64,000 nucleotides of DNA, taken from positions 5,472,001 to 5,536,000 of the forward strand of contig OZ251518.1 in assembly GCA_965242965.1 (NCBI GenBank), given 5' to 3'. This stretch comes from Candidatus Poribacteria bacterium. Its GTDB lineage: Bacteria > Poribacteria > WGA-4E > WGA-3G. The notes beneath the pieces are model-generated. The model ran no database searches. It saw only the letters and a list, made by a program, of their open reading frames with translations, and was not told the DNA's origin. The position numbers were made by a program, and so were the translations under genes. Shown here in pieces: positions 21,607 through 29,234 of this stretch (the stretch's first letter is position 1; each line of letters starts with the position of its first letter).

Positions 21607-22338
21607 ATGGTGGAGGATTACACATTGAAAGACAGACTCGACAAACTCATTATCGCTTTGGATACCGATGATAGAGAGAAAATTGAACGGATATCCAAAT
21701 CGGTTATTGAAATGAAGGTGTCGTGGGTGAAAATTGGATTTCAGGCGTTTACCGCCGTTGGCAGCGAAGGATTTGAATCCCTCTGCCAGAATAGGCATCG
21801 CATTTTTCTCGACCTGAAGTTTCACGACATTCCAAACACGGTGGCGCGGGATGTCGGCACCATGACGAAACGGGGCGCGCACATGATTAACATGCACGCC
21901 GCCGGTGGCATTGAGATGATGCAGGCGGCGAGGACCAGCGCGGATGACGCTTCCTCTGGGAACTCCTGTCCTATCTTACTCGGCGTGACAATGCTCACCA
22001 GCATTGATGAACCCGGTTTTCAGACAACTTTCGGTTCTGAGCGGCAACTCACAGAACAAGTGGTTCATCTCGCCAGACAGACACAAGAGTCCGGATTGGA
22101 CGGAGTCGTCGCATCGCCGCTAGAAATTGAAGCGATTCGGGAGGCATGCGGCGACGATTTTGTGATCGTCACACCCGGTATTCGGCCGAAATGGGCCGCT
22201 ACAGGAGATCAGCGTCGATTCACAACGCCGGCGGAGGCGATTAACCGGGGTGCGGACTACATCGTTGTCGGCAGACCGGTTTTGGAAGCGGCAGACCCGG
22301 GGGAAGCCATCGAAAAAATCCTTGACGAAATGGTTTGA
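21607..22338 (+). CDS. pyrF: orotidine-5'-phosphate decarboxylase
   Basis: LIIALD, FLDLKFHDIPNTV, VTPGIRP, DQRR and YIVVGRP motifs. Confidence 0.95.
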   Translation: MVEDYTLKDRLDKLIIALDTDDREKIERISKSVIEMKVSWVKIGFQAFTAVGSEGFESLCQNRHRIFLDLKFHDIPNTVARDVGTMTKRGAHMINMHAAGGIEMMQAARTSADDASSGNSCPILLGVTMLTSIDEPGFQTTFGSERQLTEQVVHLARQTQESGLDGVVASPLEIEAIREACGDDFVIVTPGIRPKWAATGDQRRFTTPAEAINRGADYIVVGRPVLEAADPGEAIEKILDEMV

Positions 22339-22395
22339 GAAAAGGTAGAATGCCGATAAAACCGCATAGCGGCTTTATGTCTATAGAGGTTAACC

Positions 22396-23835
22396 ATGAA
22401 CCTAATCTGTATCTGCTTAGACACGTTTCGCGCCGACATCATCGGCAGCGGGAAGAAGTTCAGCCACGCGCGAACGCCGAACCTTGACGCGCTTGCATCC
22501 GAGAGCGTCCGATTTACGCGTGCCTTTGGTGAAGGCCAACCGACGCTGCAAGTCCGCCGCGCGAATTTCACGGGGATGCGCAGTTTCCCGTGGAAATATA
22601 ACTTTGACCGGCGCGGGCATTGGCATCACGCCCCCGGCTGGCATAAGATTCCACCCGAACAGGATACGCTCGCCGAAGTGTTGCTGGAACGCGGGTATCT
22701 CACCGCGCTCATCGCCGATACGTATCACATGTTCAAACCGACGATGAACTTCTCGCGCGGCTTCGCGCATTTCGATTTCATCAGGGGACAAGAATCGGAT
22801 AATTGGCGCAGCGGCGACCCGAGGTTGATTGAAGCGCAACTCCGGGAGCACGTGCGGGAACCGCTGAATTGGCGGCGGCACGCCGGTTTAGTCAACTATC
22901 TGCTTTGCCAACGCCACCGCAAATCGGAAGATGATTACAGTTGTGCGCGCGTCTTCCGAGCGGCATCCGATTGGCTTGACGATAATCACACCGCCGGTCC
23001 TTTCTTCCTGTGGGTGGATAGTTTCGACCCGCATGAACCGTGGGATCCGCCCAAACCCTACGCCGATTTCTACTTCCCGGATTATGAAGGAAAAGATTTC
23101 ATCACGCCGGGCAGCGCAAACGAAGGCGAGGGGCCCACCGAAGCGGAACTCCGCCGCATCGAGGCACTCTATCTCGGCGAGGTGACGTTCGTGGATAAGT
23201 GGGTAGGCGCGCTGCTTGACAAGATAGACACGCTGAATCTTCGCGATGACACCATCGTCGTGTTGATGTCCGACCACGGGACGCAACTCCGCGATCACGG
23301 AAGCTTCGGTAAAGGGGCGAACAAACTGCATCCGTTCAATACGCAGCTCAACCTGATGATTCGGCATCCGAATGGCCCGAGGGAGCTCGAGGTCTCCGCC
23401 TTCGTCCAAAATCACGATCTGATGCCGACGCTTCTGAATCAACTCGGAATTCCGTGCGGTTGGACAGATGGCGAGGATATGTGGCCGCTCGTTACACAGG
23501 AGAAAGCGTTCTTGCGCGAACGGATTATCACCGGATGGGCTGGGTTTATTACCGGCAATGCGCGCGGGCGCGTCAGCGTGCGCGATAACCGTTGGAATTT
23601 CTGCACCTCTGTCGGTTATCGCGATGAGAAAGGCGATGAACTGTTTAATATACGGAAAGATCCGGAGGAGAAAGTCAACGTCGCGAGCGAGCATCCATCG
23701 GTTGTTGCGGAACGCCGGCGGGATGTGGAAGCGTTGATTGGGCAGCCGTTGCCGGGGCATTTCATTGAAGTGTGCGACCCGGGGCATGCACCGATGACGC
23801 GGTGGCTGCAGGGGAAGTTGGCGGAGATGTCCTAA
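22396..23835 (+). CDS. sulfatase-like hydrolase (alkaline phosphatase superfamily)
   Basis: LDTFRAD, TPNLDALA, FDPHEPWDPP and SDHG motifs; lacks the canonical C/SxPxR. Confidence 0.85.
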   Translation: MNLICICLDTFRADIIGSGKKFSHARTPNLDALASESVRFTRAFGEGQPTLQVRRANFTGMRSFPWKYNFDRRGHWHHAPGWHKIPPEQDTLAEVLLERGYLTALIADTYHMFKPTMNFSRGFAHFDFIRGQESDNWRSGDPRLIEAQLREHVREPLNWRRHAGLVNYLLCQRHRKSEDDYSCARVFRAASDWLDDNHTAGPFFLWVDSFDPHEPWDPPKPYADFYFPDYEGKDFITPGSANEGEGPTEAELRRIEALYLGEVTFVDKWVGALLDKIDTLNLRDDTIVVLMSDHGTQLRDHGSFGKGANKLHPFNTQLNLMIRHPNGPRELEVSAFVQNHDLMPTLLNQLGIPCGWTDGEDMWPLVTQEKAFLRERIITGWAGFITGNARGRVSVRDNRWNFCTSVGYRDEKGDELFNIRKDPEEKVNVASEHPSVVAERRRDVEALIGQPLPGHFIEVCDPGHAPMTRWLQGKLAEMS

Positions 23836-23892
23836 AGTTTGGATATTTTGCGTCCGGCTAGTTCACTGCTTATATCGAATGGGGATGAAAAG

Positions 23893-24297
23893 ATGAATAA
23901 GCACAGAATCGTGGCAGACTTCCACAACGCTGATGAACAAGGAAGGCTCCGTCTGACGTGCATTGGGACAATTCGAGATGTAGCAAAACTCGGTATCGGC
24001 CTACATGATGGGATGGAATTGGTTCTGGTTGACGATGATCTGGAAGTTGATAGCATCGTTGAATGGAATCCTGATGAAGCCTGTTGGGTTGCCGCGATTG
24101 ACTGGGACGCGATACGGGATGTGCCGATGCCTGAAACACGAAGGAACGTTGCCAGCTCGTTCTGGTTCTGTAGCAGCCCCGGTCCCGATGGCGGCATCAC
24201 CGGTTTCCTCGCGTTAACGTTGACGCAAGGCATCGCGAAAAATCCTGCTCTTTCCCTTGGCAAAACCGAGGATTCAGGATTTGGAAAAGTTGGTTGA
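23893..24297 (+). CDS. hypothetical protein
   Basis: Protein-like N-terminal 75 aa (ADFHNADEQGRLRL..WVAAIDW); the tail may be spurious. Confidence 0.5.
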   Translation: MNKHRIVADFHNADEQGRLRLTCIGTIRDVAKLGIGLHDGMELVLVDDDLEVDSIVEWNPDEACWVAAIDWDAIRDVPMPETRRNVASSFWFCSSPGPDGGITGFLALTLTQGIAKNPALSLGKTEDSGFGKVG

Positions 24298-24323
24298 CAT
24301 CATCTCACGAAAAGTGGTATAAT
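24294..24323 (+). promoter_or_regulatory. sigma70 promoter of Rpn gene 1 (near-leaderless)
   Basis: TTGACA, 18 nt, (TGG)TATAAT; ATG 9 nt downstream with no SD. Confidence 0.7.
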
Positions 24324-24332
24324 AATTCTATC

Positions 24333-25277
24333 ATGACACAATATGACGATGCAGCAAAATATCATCTGCTGCAAAACGCTGACACCCTCCTCCCGTATCT
24401 GCAGGATGCACCGAACCTGAAAGTGCTGCGGCGGCTGGATACGCAGCAGCCGACGTTGAAAACGCGGCATGCCGATAGCACGTGGGAGATAAGCGTTGAT
24501 GGAGAGGAGGGCATTTCGCATGTGGAAGTGCAGACGCATAATAGTCCGGAGCCGATGCCGTTCCGCGTGGCGGGGTATCACGGTTTCCTCATTGGGGAGC
24601 ATAAGAAGCCGGTGTATAGCACGGTTATCTACTTGCATGCCAAGGCGGGGCGGAATGACCCGGGTGGTTATGGTTATGAGTGGCATGGGCAGCCGTGTTA
24701 TCTGCTGACATATCGAGTAGTGCGTCTGATTGAGCTGGACGGCCCCTCGGTGTTGGAATTGCAGGCCCCGGGCTTGATGCCGTTTACGCCGTTGATGCGT
24801 CCCCCCGATGGGATGAGCGCGGAACGATGGTTGCAAGAGTGTATTGATGCAACCTCCTCGCTGTCTGTCAGTGTGGCGCATCGGCACGACTTGCTGGCAC
24901 TTCTGAGTATCTTCGGGAAATTGGGTTACGACGAGTCACTGATAATGAAGTCAGTGAAGGAGGACATGGTGAACGAATCACTTGTTTTTCAACGCTATGC
25001 CAAACGCTATGCCGAGAGCTATGCTGAAAGCTATGCCGAGGCGGCGATAAAACCGGCGGTTGAGGAAGCACTTGCGCGCGGCATTGAGGAAGGCGAGCGG
25101 AATGCCACGATTGGGACTATCCTCAGTTTCCTTGAAGCGCGTTTTCAGACAACGTCAGTGCATTCCTTAAGACCGCTGCTTGAAACGATTGACGACATGG
25201 AGCGACTCAAGCAGCTGGCTCCTGCCGCCGCGTCGGCAGAGAACCTGGAGACGTTCCTAGAGGCACTCGGCCGCTAA
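24333..25277 (+). CDS. Rpn/YhgA-like PD-(D/E)XK nuclease 1
   Basis: YDDAAK, RHADS..HVEVQ, MPFRVAGY, YSTVIYL and GLMPFTPLM motifs, with a RGIEEGE helical tail. Confidence 0.8.
   Translation: MTQYDDAAKYHLLQNADTLLPYLQDAPNLKVLRRLDTQQPTLKTRHADSTWEISVDGEEGISHVEVQTHNSPEPMPFRVAGYHGFLIGEHKKPVYSTVIYLHAKAGRNDPGGYGYEWHGQPCYLLTYRVVRLIELDGPSVLELQAPGLMPFTPLMRPPDGMSAERWLQECIDATSSLSVSVAHRHDLLALLSIFGKLGYDESLIMKSVKEDMVNESLVFQRYAKRYAESYAESYAEAAIKPAVEEALARGIEEGERNATIGTILSFLEARFQTTSVHSLRPLLETIDDMERLKQLAPAAASAENLETFLEALGR
24966..25277 (+). CDS. putative internally initiated small protein (RpnS-like) of Rpn gene 1
   Basis: AAGGAGG at 24957-24963 followed by in-frame ATG (24966) and GTG (24969). Confidence 0.55.
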   Translation: MVNESLVFQRYAKRYAESYAESYAEAAIKPAVEEALARGIEEGERNATIGTILSFLEARFQTTSVHSLRPLLETIDDMERLKQLAPAAASAENLETFLEALGR

Positions 25278-25418
25278 CTTGTCGCTTTGTTCTTAAAGCG
25301 GCAACCGAAGAAAATCCCGATGCAGGAGAATGGGGGTTCTTCGCGAACCGAAGAAGGCGAGAGTCCGAGCGTTCTTGCCTTCTTTGTCTCCTGCCCCGGG
25401 ACCTGCAACATCTCGGCC

Positions 25419-25535
25419 GGGATGAGCGCGCCGCGGTGGTTGCAAGCGTGCATTGATGCAACATCCTTGCTGTCTGTAAGCGTGGCACATCGGCACGACT
25501 TGCTAGCACTTCTCAGCGTGTTTGGAAGGTTAGGT
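25419..25535 (+). pseudogene. diverged partial duplicate of Rpn gene 1
   Basis: GMSAPRWLQACIDATSLLSVSVAHRHDLLALLSVFGRLG matches 24810-24926 and is cut off by the element at 25536. Confidence 0.8.
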
Positions 25536-25834
25536 GAGGGTGTTTCATATATCGCTCAACGTCGCGGGGACAGGCCCCCGCGCTACGGTGAAAAAACGCC
25601 GCCCCTTCACGTAGGGCGGTGGGAAAACCTGTCCCTCTCTATGTGTTTTGCTATCAAACCTCATCATCCCTATAGTTCAGGATCGTCTGAAGCTCTGGCA
25701 TGTTGGTTTCCAAGCGATCCTGACCCGTTCGGGATCGGGCACTTCCGAACTACAGCGGTGGGCCCGATGCCTGCCGGTATTCGCCCTCCCCCCAAGGCGG
25801 GATAAATACCGAAACGGAATTATGAAACACCCTC
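25536..25834. mobile_element. MITE-like element, flanks not duplicated
   Basis: GAGGGTGTTTCATA...TATGAAACACCCTC perfect 14-bp inverted ends with REP cargo. Confidence 0.75.
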
Positions 25835-25837
25835 ACT

Positions 25838-26014
25838 TTAGTACGACAGTTGGCGTTGGGACATCAACCTGCCGGTGTCTATCGGATTCGGAGTCGTGCG
25901 GCGTATTGGGATGGGAGGAATGAATTGGGAGAACGCGTTGCCAGTGGGATGTATTTCTATACACTTACAGCAGACGATTTCTCGACGACCGGGAAAATGC
26001 TGATGCGGAAGTAA
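25838..26014 (+). pseudogene. C-terminal fragment of a secreted protein (FlgD-Ig/T9SS-like domain)
   Basis: LVRQLALGHQPAGVY..RAAYWDGRNELGERVASGMYFYTL..KMLMRK-stop, homologous to the end of 19255-20916; no start codon. Confidence 0.8.
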
Positions 26015-26133
26015 TTCAAGGGCGTTTCGTTGTGACGGTAACGCATCTCTCTGCAACACGTTTCAATCGGAAGACCGCGGCGGACAGCCCCCGCGCGCCG
26101 GTTTCGGAAACCTTCCTAATGGAGGTGCAATTC

Positions 26134-26748
26134 ATGGTTTTTAGTGATTTCAAGAAAATTTCTGAAGTGCAAGAAACGTTTGATATCATCTATGTGGAAG
26201 ATGACTTCGTCAAGGTTCAAGAGGCAGAACCTTCGGAACAATTCCTGCAAGACTTTGAGTGGACGAGACAGAACCTGAACGTCTTCGTCTCCGAGGCATC
26301 GCGATGTGAGGCGATCATCTTTCCCGTTTTGAAAGAGAACTATAAGGCATACGCCGATAACTACGAACTCTGGATTGGGACATCCATCGCCTACGACGAG
26401 ACCTTGAATGGAACGCCGGATTACCTCATTTCTACTCGCTCTCGATTAGGTAAGACAGTGGTTGGAAAGCCGTTGATAATTCTGGTTGAGGCGAAGTGGA
26501 ACGATTTTGACCGGGGATGGGGACAATGTCTCGCGGAGTTGGTAGCTGCGCAGAAGATGAACAACGACGCGGATTTTCCCGTGTATGGCATTGTCACCGA
26601 TGGCAATTTGTGGCAATTTGGGCGGCTTGTCGGTGACACCTTTGCCCAAAACCGCGCAGATTTTACGTTGGCGAATCTGCCACTGCTGTTTGGCGCAGTG
26701 AAGGCTGTGTTCAAAGCCGCAACTGAGTCTTCATGCAATACGGCGTGA
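26134..26748 (+). CDS. restriction-endonuclease-fold (PD-(D/E)XK, HsdR N-terminal-like) hypothetical protein
   Basis: GTPDYLI, LVEAK, GWGQCLAELVAAQ and YGIVTDGNLWQF motifs; GGAGG RBS. Confidence 0.65.
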   Translation: MVFSDFKKISEVQETFDIIYVEDDFVKVQEAEPSEQFLQDFEWTRQNLNVFVSEASRCEAIIFPVLKENYKAYADNYELWIGTSIAYDETLNGTPDYLISTRSRLGKTVVGKPLIILVEAKWNDFDRGWGQCLAELVAAQKMNNDADFPVYGIVTDGNLWQFGRLVGDTFAQNRADFTLANLPLLFGAVKAVFKAATESSCNTA

Positions 26749-26883
26749 GGGAGCGTGTTCGCATCAAAATTGGACATTTTCTGCGACAATATGCTATACT
26801 ACTCTCAACGTTGGAGTATCGCGACCGGGAGGGCTCTCCTACCGGTGGCGACACTATCAGAATAAGAACGGAGGCGAATTTTC

Positions 26884-27912
26884 ATGAAACAGATTTGCTC
26901 AATAGCAGCGTGGCTTCTCGTTATCGGGGTGATGCTGCACGGCATCGCGAATGGTTACGCCGATAAGCATCAGGCAGAAGAAAAGCCGTTTAAGGTTGCA
27001 ATGCTGCTGTCTGCTTCCATCGATGACCAGGGTTGGACAACGATGGGATATGAGGGGCTCAAAGCCATTGAAAAGGAGCTCGGCGCGGAGATTGCCTACG
27101 TTGAGAACATTAAACCTGCCGCCCAAGCGGCGCAGTTTCGGGCATTCGCGCAGAAAGGGTATCAGCTCATCTTCGGGCACGGATACGAATATCAAGCGAC
27201 AGCGAAAAGCGTTGCGGTAAATTTTCCTGATACTATCTTTGTGAATACTTCGGGGAGCATCGCTGTCGCACCGAATCTGGCCCCCATCGACTCGCGCGCC
27301 GAAGGTGCTACCTATCTCTTGGGCATCATTGCTGGCGCGATGACGAAAAGTGGTAAAATCGGTGTGCTCGGTGGACGCAATGTCCCGTCTATTAATAGCA
27401 CGTTTGTCGCGTTTGAGGCAGGCGCGAAAAGTGTCAACCCCGATGTCAACGTGCAATGGAATTACGTCGGCGATTGGGTGAACCGAGACAGAGCGAAGGA
27501 GATAACCCTCTTGCGGATTAAAGAGGGGTTTGACTTTTTCTTTCACAACGCCGATATAGCGGCACGCGGCATGTATGAAGCGGCGGAAATCGCGCAAGCC
27601 GTCGGGAAACAGGTTTGGACGTTCGGTTCCAACCGCGCGCAGCATGAAGTCTCGCCGACGACAATTTTGGCGAGTTCTGTCATCAAATCATCTCTCTTTG
27701 TGCATATCGCCAGAGATGTCAAGAACGGCACTTTTGAGCCGAAGCCTTATGTCTTCACAATGACGAAAGGCGGCGCGATTGAGATGCGCTATAATCCGAA
27801 GTTGAAGGATAAAGTGCCTGCAGAAGTGCAAAAGCAGGTTGCGGCGGCGGAAAAGCAAATCCTCGCTGGCACGCTGGAAGTGCCGCAAATCGATTTTGCG
27901 AATAACGAATAA
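26884..27912 (+). CDS. BMP family ABC transporter substrate-binding protein (nucleoside-binding type)
   Basis: Signal peptide; DDQGW..GYEGL, LIFGHGYEY and MTKSGKIG motifs. Confidence 0.85.
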   Translation: MKQICSIAAWLLVIGVMLHGIANGYADKHQAEEKPFKVAMLLSASIDDQGWTTMGYEGLKAIEKELGAEIAYVENIKPAAQAAQFRAFAQKGYQLIFGHGYEYQATAKSVAVNFPDTIFVNTSGSIAVAPNLAPIDSRAEGATYLLGIIAGAMTKSGKIGVLGGRNVPSINSTFVAFEAGAKSVNPDVNVQWNYVGDWVNRDRAKEITLLRIKEGFDFFFHNADIAARGMYEAAEIAQAVGKQVWTFGSNRAQHEVSPTTILASSVIKSSLFVHIARDVKNGTFEPKPYVFTMTKGGAIEMRYNPKLKDKVPAEVQKQVAAAEKQILAGTLEVPQIDFANNE

Positions 27913-27975
27913 AAAACGTGCCGGTGAGCGCGGACTCAAACCGCGCCTATCGGTTCACCAGAAGGAAAACATTAC

Positions 27976-28995
27976 ATGAAACATAAACATTGGATGTCTA
28001 TCTGTCTTCTCACGCTCGGGGTGCTGCTCTTCGGCGGCGCGAATGTTGACGCTGATGGCCATAAGGCGAAGGAATTCAAAGTAGCGATGCTTCTGCCTGC
28101 CTCTATCAGCGATGCCGGGTGGAACGCGCTGGCTTACGATGGGCTGAAAGGCATCGAAAAGGAGCTCGGCGCGAAAATCAGTCACGTGGAAAGCCGAACC
28201 CCGGCAGACCAGGAGGAACACTTCCGTGCCTATGCGTTGGATGGGTATCATCTCATCTTCGGGCACGGATACGAATATCAAGATGCTGCGAAGGCAGTCG
28301 CGCCGGATTTCCCTGAAACGGTTTTTATCACCTCGTCGGGTGGCACTATCATGGACAACGTCTCGCCGATTATCTTTCGGCTTGAGCAAGCCGCCTACCT
28401 GTTGGGTGTCATCTCCGGAATGATGACGCAGACAGACAAAATCGGCATTATCGGCGGACAAAACATTCCATCGGTGAATAGCACATTTATGGCGTTTGAA
28501 GGCGGCGTGAAAAGCGTCAACGCTGATGCGGAGGTGCGCCGTGCCTACGTTGGAGACTGGGAAAACATCGGCAAGGCGAAGGAGCTCGCGCTCGCGCAAA
28601 TTCAGGAAGGCATCGATTTTATCTTTCATAACGCCGATGCGGCGGGACGCGGTGTGTTCGATGCGGTAGAGACATCGCAAGCCCAAGGGAAATTTGCCTG
28701 GACGTTCGGTTCTAACCGCGACCAGAGTGAAGTCTCGCCGACGACGGTGCTTGCCAACGCTGTGATTACACCGGGTGCGTTCTTGCAGGTTGCGCGGCTT
28801 GTCAAAGAGGGCACTTTCAAACCGCAGTCTTACGTTTTCACGATGGCGAGCGATGGCGCAATCGCGATGAACTATAACCCGAAATTGAAGGATAAAGTGC
28901 CTGCAGAAGTGCAAAAGAAGGTAGAAGAAGTCAAGAAGGCAATCCTCGCCGGCACCGTGAAAGTCCCGCAAATTGATTTTGAGGATACCGATTGA
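27976..28995 (+). CDS. BMP family ABC transporter substrate-binding protein, tandem paralogue
   Basis: Same motifs (SDAGWN, LIFGHGYEY, YNPKLKDKVPAEVQK). Confidence 0.85.
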   Translation: MKHKHWMSICLLTLGVLLFGGANVDADGHKAKEFKVAMLLPASISDAGWNALAYDGLKGIEKELGAKISHVESRTPADQEEHFRAYALDGYHLIFGHGYEYQDAAKAVAPDFPETVFITSSGGTIMDNVSPIIFRLEQAAYLLGVISGMMTQTDKIGIIGGQNIPSVNSTFMAFEGGVKSVNADAEVRRAYVGDWENIGKAKELALAQIQEGIDFIFHNADAAGRGVFDAVETSQAQGKFAWTFGSNRDQSEVSPTTVLANAVITPGAFLQVARLVKEGTFKPQSYVFTMASDGAIAMNYNPKLKDKVPAEVQKKVEEVKKAILAGTVKVPQIDFEDTD

Positions 28996-29234
28996 TATCT
29001 GAGTGCCGTAGCGCGAGGGAAACCTGTCCCTCGCGAGGCTCTCAACAACCGTAGCGCGAGGGCTTATCCCTCGCGGTGCTCTCAACAACCGTAGCGCGAG
29101 GGCTTGTCCCTCGCGATGCCTCTCAATACTGAGTGCCGTAGCGCGAGGGCCTGTCCCTCGCGATGCTTCTTGATACCTGATTACCGTAGCGCGAGGGCCT
29201 GCCCCTCGCGAAGCCTCAACGGAGGATTGGCCCC

